The notes: generated from the sequence alone by a model not told the origin. Numbered from the whole stretch's first letter, positions 13,170 through 27,297 are shown. The stretch is 62,140 nt of DNA, filler included, from Choristocarpus tenellus KU-1152 (GCA_964200185.2; 14 parts of 14 records of this genome joined end to end with filler, not necessarily neighbours in it); one strand, 5' to 3'. Made by a program: numbers and translations.

Positions 13170-14780
13170 AATATGACTGCCCGGGTGTGAGAGGACCACC
13201 CTCGAGCCCCTCAGCGAGCAGTCCACCGTGGAAGTGCCCTTGTATGATCAACGCCCACAGTACCATGGTAACATGGAACGAGTTTGTCGATGCATACACC
13301 CCGATTGTGGAGGGGGACCTAGCAGGAAAGACCTCCAAGGAGATCAAGGTGCGTGTGATATGTGGCTAGGTAGAGGGAAACCCAATCACACCATATATGT
13401 CAATTATTAAATTATTAATCTCTCTATTGTTGCAATATCGGAGAGGTTACTCTGACCCCACACATTTGTTTTGGAAAACAACACTTTCAATTTCAATAAC
13501 ACGCCCCCCGCTAACACTGTACACAACCCCTGTCTTCAACTTGCCATGCCTAAGGCACTGTCGTCTCGTCTTGGGCTCGTAACCCCCAACAGCACAACGA
13601 AGGATGAAATAATCGAGAGGAAAAAGGCGAAATACACGGTATTCAGGGCCAAGAATCTAATGACCGATGACTTCATCCTCACCACTTGCATGGTGGGCGA
13701 GTCGAACCCCATCTTGAGGAGGACAACAACCGAAGAGAACGACGACGAAGGCGACACAGGTTGTCCAGACAAGGCCAACACGAAGCGAAAGGTCAGTATG
13801 TGGTCATCATGACAAAAGGGATGCGGTGGACACCGCATGTGTGACGATGTATTTGCCTTTTCCTGTACTAATCCCCATCCCACACACTCCAGCAACAACA
13901 CACACGGTTTTCCACAACAGAAAACATGTTACTTGGTAGGAATGGCTCCCCCTCCTCCAATATATAACACATGGCCCCACAGAACTACTGCCCCCCCTCT
14001 GTACGACCAGGTCCTATTTCCACGGACAGAGGGGTTCCCAACACTCCTCGAGGTCCTCTTCACCAATTTCCAAAGTCATTTTTTCCTTCATTATAACACA
14101 ACCATCTGGCAGGCGCGGCAGTATAAGCATTACAATCCCTCCTCCCGAAAGGTCACGCTGCCATGTCCATTGACTTCAGTTCCCAGCTTCCACACAACCA
14201 CCAGGACCTGACACAACAAGAATTTTTCAATCTACTGTTGACAGCGCTCATGACCATTGTTTGGCGGTTGAGGGACACGAGGGAAGGGGGAAGTTTGGGG
14301 GAGGGAAGGATATGGGCTCACAGTACTACAATTTATAGGGAAGACCGGAGTCAGGACAACGAGTTTGTCAAGAACGCTGTGGAGATCTTCATCGGCAGCC
14401 ACTTAATGCCTTTGACATGGGAATATGGTCAGACCCTGGAGGTCCTCCACACCTGGTCTGATGGCTGCAGAAGTCAGTTTAAGAACCGGTGGCAGATGTG
14501 GTGGGTTTCCCAGGCGATTGCCAGGATGGAGATTTCAGTAGTGCACAACTTCTTCTCCTCGTGCCACGGAAAATCCATGGCAGATGGAGTTCGAGCTGTG
14601 GTGAGGTCAGCCGCCAGGAGGCTGGAGCTGAATGGGGTATGGATGCCGGGAATCTCGTCCTTGGTGGAGACAATGAAGGCGACCAAGACACAGTACACGC
14701 TGAGGGATTCAACGCCAGAGGAAGAGGGGCGCCTCCGTAGGGATCGCAAGGTTCCTCAAGGACAGACTGTCGTCACCAAG
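13170..14780 (+). pseudogene. Sola2-like DDD transposase, intron-containing, frameshifted
   Basis: Motifs HxxxxxWQ...MSIDFS...HQDLTQQEFF, WSDGCRSQFKN and HNFFSSCHGKSMADG are characteristic of Sola2-type transposases. There is a 1-nt frameshift near 14126. Upstream coding blocks end in donors AAG|GTGCGT (13348) and AAG|GTCAGT (13790). Confidence 0.78.
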
Positions 14781-15458
14781 GTCGGTACCCCCCCCCCCCA
14801 TCCACACACTCGACAGATCCTCCCTTTTATTCCACATACGTTATAATCTCCAACTAGTATCGACATTTCTTGGTACGTCCCCCTACTCCNNNNNNNNNNN
14901 NNNNNNNNNNNNNNNNNNNNNNNNNNNNNNNNNTTAATTAATTAANNNNNNNNNNNNNNNNNNNNNNNNNNNNNNNNNNNNNNNNNNNNAGGATTGAGGA
15001 ATAAGAAAATAGGAATGTGCAAAATAATAATAATAATCCAGAATTCGTGAGCAAAACAAACTTGGAGTTGCTTGTTAGTTATTGGTTGAGAATAATCTTG
15101 ACAATGCCATCTCCATATGCATTTCGCAAGTTCGAACCCCATCTTTGACAGACTACTGATTATGGAATTCTGGTTTCGATGATCCGAAGTTTACGCCACA
15201 AGCATACCTATACCATCCTACTTTTTGCTGTGATGAAAAAAAACGTTGGAACAAGAACGAGGCAGCAAGACTTCATTGCAATACAACGCAATGGTGGGTC
15301 TTGTAGAAGATCCGAGGGAGGAGATGGAGTGACAAGCGGTGCGATGGTTGAACCCACATACAACAAGCATATACGGAGGTAGTTCAATTAGTCTTCTAGC
15401 AACTACTGTTACTTTAGTGCAATGAATATGACAAGTAGTCCAGTGTGTAGTGCCCCTG

Positions 15459-15703
15459 GTGTCAAAGCATTTAAGAGGATAAGGGTCGCATCCTTTTGGG
15501 GACCAAGTCTAACGTTGTAATATTGATGAATTTAGCAAACAAATGTCAATATCGTTCCTCCAGACACACCGTTTATAGTTGTATACATTTTAAGTAACCA
15601 TCCACACATAAAACCGAAAAGGGGTATAATAAACTTGTGGGAAGCCAAGCCCCGAACAGACAAACAGGGCAAAACTCCTACACTCTTAAATTATTTGGTT
15701 CTC
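15459..15703 (-). mobile_element. MITE family A copy (diverged)
   Basis: Reverse match to the family A consensus (…gggaagccaagcccc…gacaaacagggcaaaact…) with decayed TIRs. Confidence 0.75.
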
Positions 15704-18700
15704 TGACCATCTGTGAGTATAGTCCCAGACTAAGGTGGGAGGCTTCACACTGGACAGGCAGCTGACTAGACTGACAGACCGGACTAGGGCCCCAGCCCTG
15801 TACAAGATCTGTTCAAATTACAATCTCTGTAGTCTTGGTCTGACCCTCTGTTAAGACGTACCTCACCCAGGCCGGCCCTAGGCCCTGGCCACCTTACATT
15901 TGAGCAGATTTGACTGCTATTTGTATGAGTATGGTGTAAGAGAAAGGATGGAAGCGTCACATGATTCCCTTTGCTGAATGTGATGAAGTGGTTGAAAAGA
16001 GAAGAGTGATATTATTGTACTTAGTTATACTTGGTGGGGCTTGGGTTCGCACCTGTTATTTCTAGAAGGAATCTCTAGCAAGAAGTAGCTACAGCGTTTT
16101 CAGAAACCTCCATCCCAATTTAGAAAACATCTCGAACATTTGAATTGCAATCTATAATTTAGTGGTTTCTTATAAATTAATAACCTCCCACTACATGAAT
16201 CATCATCCCGAGTACTTCCCATTACATATTGTTGCAATTAATATCGTATTCTGCACAACATTATAATTACCTTGATCTGCCCTGTCATTATACAATTTCC
16301 CCGACCTGGTCTGTGACTCGGTCTGGCTATGCTCTCTGATGGTCGAGGATTAGTCTTGTAAAATCATCATATATGTGTCCAATGTCAGCCCCCCAGCGTA
16401 GAGGAACCGCAGCAGAGGATGTAGAATGATCCACTGGCCTTTAGTATACAAAATAATTCGAAAACGAGAGAGTCTGAAGGACAAAGAAGCTATGAGGAAA
16501 TAAGTGTGGTCCCCTCAATCTATCTTTGTTGTGCTGATACCTGTGCTGTCCACTTCAAAACAAGATCATCCCATTTGCATTGAAGTTGCCGTGTCTTGAA
16601 AGGGATGTGGTTATGGTGAGGGTAAATACAAAATGCAGGGAAGAACATTAAACAAAAACAAAACCATGGGGGACATCATGATATTATAGTTTTTCTTGCA
16701 CATTGTTTGGAGATACTAATTTATCAATTAAATCCATCAACTGTTTAACAAACAGACTCTGATGTTTGAGGGACGATTAACCTTTCTGAGTTAAATCATT
16801 ACTTCAAAATTCATCCTATGGCACTACTTCGCAGCAGCAATAACTACTTTTCAATCTCCATTGTTTTTCTACATATGTGCGTGTCCTCCTGCCTTTGCCA
16901 CCCTCTCGTCACAAAACAAGGATAGCTTTACGAATATACAAATATTTGGATATTACAAGGTATTCTTTCATTCGTTTTACAATATATTGTGTGTGTGAAT
17001 GATAAGTTAGTCAACAAGTGACAGGTGATAGTGTAGCATGACATGGGGGTGAAAATTGGGATGAGTTTCAGTGTTTGCTGAAGGACCCCTTGAATATATT
17101 ATCTGGTAATGATCAGTGGCTATACCAGTAGTGACAAACTTTTGGTCACTAACAAGTAATATCTAGGTAGTAGGGAGGACCAACCCACTGGATGATCAGG
17201 ACAAGATACAGCAGACTCAAACTGTGGTGAGTAATCGTCATCAGTTTGAAGTCAACCTGTACTCGAAAAAAAAAAGAAGAGCATTTGGAATCATCAACAA
17301 TCAACATGGTAGTGTGGGTAAATAGAGCAATATTGTTGTATGTCAGGGTCGATGGCATGTAGTTCTGTTTGAATACCATCTAGAATCTACAGGTGATGGA
17401 GTCAAACAGATCCCAGTCAGGGAACAATTCAAGTGCAGATCGAGAGGACAGCGCCAGGCCAGGGATGTTGAATAAATGTAGGTGTAGTCTACTCAAGCAA
17501 CACCCTCCTACAATACGAGTCCCTTTTCTTGTCAAAGGTTCAGCACATGTCATTGTTGCTTTGTACCAAGGCTGGGTAGTCTTGCTGTAATGCAAATTTC
17601 AAGTGAGAGGAATACAACCAGATGGGTAGAGTCCAAAGCTTGGACTGATTAACCACATAATACCCTTCTCTGTTTTCTGTGGCTCCACCTTCTCATGATG
17701 AACCCATATCATCCCCCCCACGATATGGGCTGCATCTATGATAGCGCCAGGTCGTATACAAGGACAACAAAGAAATGTTTGAATGTGTGCACAGGATCAA
17801 ATATTGTATCCCATATTTTTTCACTTCTTTGCATGGATTTCTGAAATCCTAAGTCTACTTGTACTACAACATACTTTGCCGGCAATATGTAACTAACACA
17901 CACATGTCTAATATATATAATTTGGAGCATTTCGTATTGTCAGATGCATACTAGGTACTAAAGTTCTACACAGTGACAGTTCTTTGCACTGAAGAAGAAG
18001 GACTGTGAAGGTCTTCTATCATCAAGCATAGAGGTTCTGTGAAGCCACAAGCCACAGTTGCAGAAAGAAACATGATACAAGAACTTATGTCCTGCCAACA
18101 CAGGTCTGAATAGCAAAGCATGAGACAAATTGACAATCCTGCATTGGTGCTCTGAGGAACTGAGGAATATTGCAGGTGGTCCTCACAACAAGGAGCCTCC
18201 ACGGTCATGAGCAAGGTGTGAGGAGACAACAGCTAGCCTCCTGCCCTCTTGTCTCAAACTGCTACGTGCATTTGTTTAGAACCTGAACATTATTTCTTAT
18301 GAGTTGGGTATTTACCAACAGTTTTAGCATCTGAGCGCTGTCTTCTATTCTATACTATACATTCAAACTTTGATATGCCCCAAGCGACTTGTTCTAGCAA
18401 GTAAAACATACATAATATGTACCTTTATCAATAAATACTTCTCTATCAATAAAATATAGTGGGTACATACATTGGAAACCTACAATGTAGATAACATTGA
18501 AAGGCATAACATATCTTTTGCCCAAGGGCAATATATCACTGCACTCGTATCTCTGCAACAATCTTGGCTTCTCGATAAAAAAAACAACCAAACTTCTCAG
18601 GTTGAGATCTATTGTGATACACACACACTCACACACACACTCGCACTGTGACAAATGATCACATCCACCATAGCAAGCCAAACAAAACATCACATCAGTA

Positions 18701-18811
18701 GGTAAAATATCAAAACCTTGTAGTGGATACCCTTCGTTTCCCCCGGCAATGGAACGATGACAGACAGGAAAACAGCCTCTACAAAGTTTTCTGCATTGGA
18801 GTAGTCAATAT

Positions 18812-21800
18812 TTACTCCTCGGTTGTTGTTGTTGCTGTAGTGTTACTGCCAACAGAGCTCTGACAGTTGCTGCCTGTATCTCCAGCTTTGCTACAAAAAT
18901 AGTTATCTGAACCATACCAATGTTTCTCCACCAAGGTTGGAAACACATTGGAGGATTCCAGGCAGGTTGTGCTTCCTTCACTTGAATTTGTGGTTGTCGC
19001 AGAATGGTGGCCAAAGATTCTGCTTGTCTTGTTGACAGGAACAGAGTCACCACTGAGAAGGCTGCATTCGCCATCCTGACCACTATGGGTGCTGCTGCTG
19101 AGAAAGTTCCCCTGCTCCAATGGAGTCCCAGGCAGAGTGTCAGAGAACCAAGGATGCTCCCGTATTTGGGCAATTGAGAATCGCTTGTCCGGATCGTGAT
19201 GAAGGATGCCTTTCAGAAGGGACCTTGCAGACAGTGATATATCCTTGGGGATCTCCAATTGTTCCATCTACAAAACCAAGCAAGTGGAGAACGCGAAAGT
19301 GGGAAGTACTCTGGTAAGACACAAAAGGATATATGCAGCAGTACGACCCACTGTTTGCTGGCTTCAGTTATTCTCACAACAACAACAGGTATCCAACATT
19401 CCGTAAGGATCAAGACAGACCTAGGTGGACCTACCCCCAACCCTCTCGGTGATAATAATTGAATCAAGGTTGTTTTTGTCTGTTTTTGGTGATTTGAAAG
19501 GCTAGGTGAGAAAACACATTTCATATTCATAAAATGAAAAAAATTGTTCATCAAATTCTATTAGGATGGATAAATATATTTGGTCTAGAAAAGTTATAGG
19601 AGAAAGCACACGGCTGCATTTAAGAAAAAAAAAATGAAACCTCATCAATCTCAACAGGAGTTGTTTCAATCAATTGAGTTTTATGAACGCAATTTTATCA
19701 TTTTACCACACCACTTAAAATAAAACTCTTGCCAGAAAGCTGAACTTTTTTTGGTGACATACTCTTTAGAGAAGATGTGGAAACAGGGACACAAACAGGG
19801 TACAAAAATTAACAGACCACAAACTGTGACAAAAAAAGAACAGAGATTGCTCCCAACTATATAGGCCATATTCTGTAAGTGGAGGGGGTCAGGCATCAAT
19901 TCAGGGCCTGTGTGTTCCTGTAGTGATATTCATTTCATCTGAGTGAACGTGTCAGATATAAGGGCAACTAACTTCATCTGAACACACCTTCCTTTTCCAT
20001 CCACCTGCCAGGATCAAACCCAGGAAAAAAATTACTCGAAAAGCAGGCATTAAACTGGGGTGTTTTACCACACCTGATCAAGCCCCAAACAGACAATCTG
20101 GACAAACCTCCTTCACCTCTAGGATATCATGGGCCAATTATGTGACTTTGACAAGTTGATACGTCACTATGTAGTGTACTGCTTACATTAGAAGCTACAT
20201 TGACAACTATCAAATACGTTCATAAAAAAACAAACGGTAAAAGGATTGCTACATTCCTGAAATACATAGAAAAGTAGGGCTTACAGATTGGCATTGGTAG
20301 ATATCATAGTGTATCAAATATCAGGCCCACTCAACATGCTTTCCCCATGGCTGGTGCCTATCTCAAAAAAAAAGAAGTAAAATAGATAATAACGTGAAGG
20401 AGGGCAACCGGGTGATCATCAATGCGAGTAGAGAGTTTACTTTAAGTGTACACACAAGAGACAACCAAAGTACGACCTGAGGAAGAGTCAGTCTTTCACG
20501 TATACTGCAAAATGAAGAGCCTACTATAGTGTTTGCACTACACTTAACGTTATTTATTGACAGAGCAGGAATGAATGCCAACATTATGTCTCCCTCACCT
20601 TCATCAAGTGGAGTCTCTCAGAAATACTGCTCGCCTCAAATGGAAGGAACCCTACAAGCATCGCATACATTATGACACCCAAAGACCACACATCTGCAGC
20701 CCTGCCACCATATTGTTCAGCTGTGAAGATCTGGAGGGTATAATCAATAACATATTAAGATGATGGTTTACGGGGATTACTGCAGTAAGGGTACACTAGA
20801 CCAACTAGAGGGACAGAAACAAGAAGGGCAAAAGAGTGGGTATGCATGCCAAAGTTGTAACAAGAATTACAAAGAGTCTTACAATCATCAACTTTCAAAA
20901 TTATCCGCACATGACATACTCTTGACTGATTTGAGAAGAACATGGACACAGTAACAAGCAAAATATTTTGCATCATTTATTCCTACCACATAAGTCAATG
21001 GGGCTGATGAGTTGAAGACAATATATTGAGTCGAAGTAAACGAGAGGTTCCCATAGTTGAATTTGAAGGATGCTGAGAAAATTGTTCTGAATTCATTACA
21101 TTTTTACACATATGCGTGTAAGACATTTTCTGAATTTCTGTCGAAAAGTTGCAAATCATAGAGAAATAAACGCTCTCATGTCAAATTTAGCAATTCATAG
21201 AAATATGGGTACAAAAGATTGAAGAGCTGACTTAAAATGCAAAACAACCAAAACCTGGGTACCTCTCGTCTACTTTGGCTCATTTACCTCTGGAGCGGCA
21301 TAGGCTACTCGGGAACCACTAGCAGTGGTATGCAGTATATCCTTGCTGTTGCATTTGGCAGGGTTGACAGGATCAAAATTGGCTGCGAGGGAAAATCCAG
21401 CTATTTTAATTTTGCCCTCCCTATCCAGAAACACATTGTCGAGCTGGAAGGTAACACGTAAAATGTTCGAAAAGTTACGCCAACGAGGTGTGAGAAAGGG
21501 GGTTAACCAACTTGAGTGGTAAATAAGAATGGGTTATTTGTACCAAAAAAGTCAAGTAACTACCGGTAGCACGTGAGTTGGTCATTTCTGTCACAATCCA
21601 TCACCTTGAGATCACGATGGAAGATTGCACTTCGATGACAATGATCAACGCCATCTACTAGTTGTTTCATGTAGTCCTGGGCAAGTTTTTCGTTGAACCT
21701 GCGGAGTTGCGCATGTTGGGTGAGGGTATTTACAACCAAACGTCAGGATCCATGAGGGATCTGTAGTTCATGCTTGGTACACTAAATTCTGCAATGTTTT

Positions 21801-22259
21801 TTAGCTAATATTTCTGCGTTGCCCATTTTGAGGCATACTGCCTTGAAGTCAGGTGGACGTACTTCACATTCAACGGAACCTTTGCATCCAAAGCACAACA
21901 CTGGATTGCGTGGAAACTCACCTCCCCGCAGTCACGAGCGCATCAAAGAGATCTTCTCCAGTCATACCCTCGAGTATGGCGAAGGCCTTAGTTCTGGAGG
22001 CAAGGATTTCGCGGACACACACCAAGTTTGGATGCTTACCAGTCCGCACCATGGTCGCCACCTCGAACTTCAGAGCCTCTGATAAGCCATCACGATAAAT
22101 CAGTCCGGGACTGAAGATCTTCACCATCAACTCTTCGGACGTATCTACATCCCAGCACCGCCTACAGGTCATGTCAAAATATTTTTTGGGGTCACAAGTC
22201 TTGATCTCCATAAGGTAGTGCTCTCCAAGCTTTCGCATCCTCTTTCTCTGATACGGCAT
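18812..22259 (-). CDS. CIPK/SnRK-like (CAMK group) Ser/Thr kinase-domain protein, probable pseudokinase
   Basis: In-frame GT-AG exons 21922-22259 (LMVKIF, HPNLVCVREILASRTK, GEDLFD), 21605-21698 (HCH...HRDLK), 21288-21443 (LDNVFLD...IKIAGFS...ILHTT...YAAPE), 20599-20730 (ADVWSLGV...GFLPF) and 18812-19267 (DPDKRFSIAQIREHPWF plus a Ser/Thr-rich tail). The 3' end is uncertain. Confidence 0.88.
19915..20105 (+). repeat. Dispersed repeat, also at ~58180-58360
   Basis: The shared core gaacgtgtcagat(a/g)taagggcaa…cttcatctg(a/g)ac(a/g)caccttcctttt occurs on two different contigs. Confidence 0.65.
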
Positions 22260-22687
22260 TGTACTAATGGCAATGGAATTGATTACTTAAGACTTCCTTC
22301 TCAACCTCTCACTTCTTGTCGGTGATGTGGGGGTCCTTTGCTGGAGGGGAATGCGATGTTAACCTATTTTGAACCAACTGGGATTCAAAAAGTCCATAAC
22401 TACAATTTTCGCGAGTTTGACGCCTGATATGTAGCATGGATCACTATATCTCTGATTGGTTATTCACAGTGACATTGAAGTTGTCATCGTCTATGTAGAA
22501 ATAAGAAACCTTAATTATAGAAATAATGAATAGTACATAAATAATGACGTACTGTGTACTGACGTACTGACGTACTGACGTACGGATGTACTGACGTACT
22601 TGATGAACACAATATATTCTAATTATCTTTGTCACAAATGAAAAATGTTAGTATCATATACCGTGGATATGTATATATATTATTTAT

Positions 22688-22738
22688 TATTATTATGCCC
22701 TCTGACATTTTGCAGATGTGTCAGAGGGCATAATAATA
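22688..22738. repeat. Perfect 20-bp-stem palindrome; head motif of a dispersed repeat family
   Basis: TATTATTATGCCCTCTGACA + 11-nt loop + TGTCAGAGGGCATAATAATA. The left arm plus loop recurs at 58582, 59980 and 60406. Confidence 0.85.
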
Positions 22739-23453
22739 TAATATACATACGTTTATATAAAATGTCCTAAACATAAGAATACTTTTAAGACATCGCGTGG
22801 AAACCACTAATCAGTTACTTCACCACTATCAAATATTGTACTANNNNNNNNNNNNNNNNNNNNNNNNNNNNNNNNNNNNNNNNNNNNTTAATTAATTAAN
22901 NNNNNNNNNNNNNNNNNNNNNNNNNNNNNNNNNNNNNNNNNNNCTTTTTTTTTGCCCCCCCCCCCTTGTCGTTCTCTTGTTCCCCCAATCAGATTTTTTC
23001 TCCTTTTTTTTCCTTCCCCCCCCCCCCCCCCCCCGCACACTCCCAATCCCCCATTCCCTCTATTTGTTCTTCTCCACATTGTTGTAGCAATTCAGGTGAG
23101 AATATGCTTATGGACAACCCGTTGAGTGATTGCCCCGAGTCATGTCCTCATTCCTACAGCAGGAATGGCCATGCCACAATCCGTCAGGTGGGAAATGAGG
23201 GATATGTTGCTGGTGCCATCTTGCCGTGGCAAAACCCGGTACGTTTTTTATTTATTTATTTTCCATCTTGTGTACATGCTTTCAATCCCCGGCGTTTGAT
23301 CCCGCTGCATGTGGAGTAATCCTCACTAGATATTCTTTTTTTTGTGAGATTTAAAAAAAAAGAAGCTCGTGTGTGTCCTTTGAGGAAAGGCAATTCAATG
23401 ACATACATGGTGGGGTAGTTCACTGATCACAGAGTATCGCATCTGTGATTTGT

Positions 23454-23495
<42 letters not shown>

Positions 23496-24007
23496 CTGTG
23501 GCTGTCTCTTCGCCCCCACAGTCCCACCCGAAAGAAGGGAAGTTGGTAGTTGAGCAAGTATTGATCCATCTAGAATCAACCAGCTCTCACTCTCACTCTC
23601 TCTCTCACTCTCTCTTGTGTGTGATCTCACTCCCTCTTCTCTGTGCTGTTGTTGATGCCTATGGATGGCGGTGGCGTCTGCTATCGATGCGATGAATATA
23701 CACAGACTGGGTACAGCGCGCACGAGGAAGACAATCTCACTAGAGAGGGTCTTGGACACAGGGTCGGCAGGTGCGTTACTCCGAGCTCGGGAAGAACAAT
23801 GAGACTGCATTTATTGTGGTCTTGAAGGGTGTCAAAACAGGTTGTTTTTTGTTAGGGGGGGGTGCCCTGTTGCCGACTCCCACCACAGGTGTGCGTGAAC
23901 CTGCTGTGATTGTCAACATGGACTCTTGTGTTTTGGGGCGATGCTGGTCTTGTTCTGCTCTGCAAGATTGCATTGGAGCAACATTTCATGTTGTGGCAAG
24001 ATCGCAG

Positions 24008-24042
<35 letters not shown>

Positions 24043-26641
24043 TTGATGTTATGCTTGCTTGGCTAACTACCGTGTACATGTATTGTATTTGTCAACGTAT
24101 GTCCTTGGTAAATGTGTCTCAGGAAAGGCATTATTGTGCTCCCCCCCCACCCCTGCCACCGCCGCTACCGCCACCGCCAACCCTATCAACTTCCCCTTCG
24201 AATTTTTTCTGCATCCCAGGCTGGCATCTAAAAAGGTCCTTGGGAAAGGGTCGGGCAACAAAGCTATGAGGGAGCATGGGCAAATATACAGGCAACAAGA
24301 TGAGGAAGCCTAAGGTTAAGGCTTTAAAAGTAGACCTCGTATTGCGTTCGTCGCACGGTTACAAATGTACACATGTGAACAAGCTTTTGAACAGACCATG
24401 TGTGTGGGATGATACTGCTAAACCGTGTTGCACATTGCCCTGTCTCTTGTGGTAGGTACAGAGTGTGGTGTGGTGTGGGGAGTGTGATGCCAGGGCGAAG
24501 TCAGCATCAAAATGTTTCTGTAACAGGTCTTGGTGAAGGTTGAGCAGCGTTATAACCGTCGCAGTTGTTTTTGTATCAGTTCTAATGCACTGTAGTAGGA
24601 GCAGATTGGATTGTAAGATATCAGCTTCATGTTACAGATCTGAGTGCATAATGGTGGTGTCGACTTACAGTGTTGCGAGGTCGCTTCACTTTCTTTTCGC
24701 ATGTGCTTGGCCCTTTGGCCAATGGTGTGCACTGCTTGCTTCCTATGAAACCACCCCCTGTTTTTTTGCCCACCTGTTGTGCAATGTGTACTTGCAGGAA
24801 TGCCGAGTACAGACGACACTGCTCTCTGTTCACAACGCCCATCTCTGACATAATTTTGCTTGCCCCTTATCTAATGTGGCGTGACTTCACTTGCCCCCTT
24901 CTCCTACCAGGAACTTCTGGCGTAACCTACATGGCGCAAGATGCAAGTAGATCTGAACGGAGGTTGAAGGGTTCAGTTCACAATGGTTTTGAAAGTGCTC
25001 TCGTCACGGAAATCTCTTGTGTTGATAGTCAAAGGGGGCATGCTGCGCGGCGTGGGCTGTACCTCAGTGCAGTACTCTGAATCACATGAAGTATTGAAGG
25101 AGAAAAGAGGAGTGAGTCTCCAAGCCCAAGTGCGTGGAGGGGGGGGGGTTCCCCCCACAGAGATCATGGTGCTCTTGACTTCATTGCTATTCCATTGGGA
25201 GAGGAGAGTAAGCACCAGATTTGGCAGGGGAGGGATAGTTGATAAGCTGTGGAATGACTGTACCCAAGATGAAGGAAGGCATATAAGGGTGTAGTGTAGT
25301 TGCAAAGAGAGCAGAGTGTCTTGATGTTTCCCTGAGCTTCTTGCCTTCTGCATAGTATCAAATGTTGTAAGACTTGGAAACGTCCAAGAGTTGGAGAATA
25401 TTTTACCAAATGTTACCTATGTTGCTCTGTTAGCTGGATGTGACATGAAGGTATCGATGTTTGTCAGTGGTACGTGCGTTTGTCTTTTGATCTTGGTGGT
25501 TGGTTCTTTGGTTCCGTTGTGAGTCCTCTAGCTGATGAAGAATAATATGATGATAATATATGTATATATAATTAGTAGGATAAATATGTTTTTACTTAGA
25601 TACATACACATATGCAAAGTAAATTTGTATTCTCAATTTTTTTTTGTGGAATCATTTGTGCATTGATTTATCCTGTCTGGAGTGTGATCACAATGATCTC
25701 TCTGCCTGGCTTACTGATCAATGGAATGATCCTTTGTTACATTTTTTTTTTCTTAATGTAGACCTTTTGAATAGCCATGAATATTGGACCATACGGCATT
25801 CAATATTCAGTGCATACTGCAAGCAAGTCTCTGCTTGTTGTGCATACTGTTACTATCCACTCTTTGTTGAAGATTCATACTAAACTGAGAGATACATAGT
25901 TGTGTTGTAGGGATCCCCTGAAATGGGCAAAGCACTTTTTGTACAAAGGAGGATTATCACTTTTTTTTTCAAGTCTTGGTGTGTCTCTGTGTGTTTAGTA
26001 AGAGTAGATGATTTGCACACGTTTTTCTGTAGTTTTGTTTTTAGTTCTGGGTTGTTTCTGGTGTGTAGACTATGCAGTGGTTGATGCCAGCTGTTATTTT
26101 AATATATGCTCTAGTTGAAGACTCAAAAGAGTTATTTATTTTTGAACACTAATTTCCTCTCTTTCAGATTGACTATGTTTAATGGAGGCAACATCGTTTC
26201 TGGGGCATTCTCGGTCGTATCTATTAGGATCACTGTGAGTGTAAAGGCCCACATGTCACCAATGATGCTCACCCGTTTGGTTACATTGACTTGACTAAAT
26301 CCATGTGAGTATATATCTTGCAAAACCACCACTTTGACCGCAGGAAGAATGGTACTGTGGGAGTTGAGCGATATTGAGCCATCCCACTTGAATGTCTCTT
26401 ATTCTACACACTCAAAATGGAAGTTATCAGTAATGCCATACCTGGGGGGGTGTACTCCCCTCCTTCGCATCTGAGACCTCACTTTGCTCCTCATCTGTGT
26501 CATCATTACCATCACAAATTCTCATAGACCCCTGACTGATAAAGATTTAACACGACAGGTTGACAGGTAGATAAGGGGCATTTTGCTGGGCGTCGACCTC
26601 TAGGAACACCTTCCCATATATGCGGAAAACCCCAGACATAC

Positions 26642-26694
<53 letters not shown>

Positions 26695-27297
26695 ACCCAC
26701 CAACACTAAGTTGGCGAATCAAACATTAATATAAGGCTCAGTGACATGAGGCGGCGATGATTGAGTAGCGTTTAATAATTTCTCATTTCATCATGGGTGT
26801 GAAACAGGGTGCATCGGAAATTCCAACATTAACATCTCCTATATCTTGATAATGAGGCCAAGACGTCAGACAAGGCAAAGGCTCGCTAGCGGGGCAGTCA
26901 GGGGTTCTAGCAGTCACCTAAAATCTTTGCTCATAAGCCAAAGGTTGGGGGGCAGGTTGGTAACATTTAGGAGTCAAATCTGCACCATCATCATCTGCCC
27001 CACCCTTGGCACTCATAGACTCCTTACCCAAGGAGGCACCTTTAACCGACTCACCATTTTTTGACCGAGGCAGTGCTACCTTGGCTTGCACCCTCCTCTT
27101 CAACATCCTCCCCCTCCTGAACAGTCGCCCCCCCCCCCCCCCCCCCCCCCCCCCTCCCCCTCACTTCCTGCTGGTGAAAGGGGGTAGNNNNNNNNNNNNN
27201 NNNNNNNNNNNNNNNNNNNNNNNNNNNNNNNTTAATTAATTAANNNNNNNNNNNNNNNNNNNNNNNNNNNNNNNNNNNNNNNNNNNNGGGGGGAGGG

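Noticed and set aside
22944-27187. Scattered exon-like segments on this contig
   Set aside because: Splice-like signals are present, but no consistent reading frame or recognisable family could be assembled.
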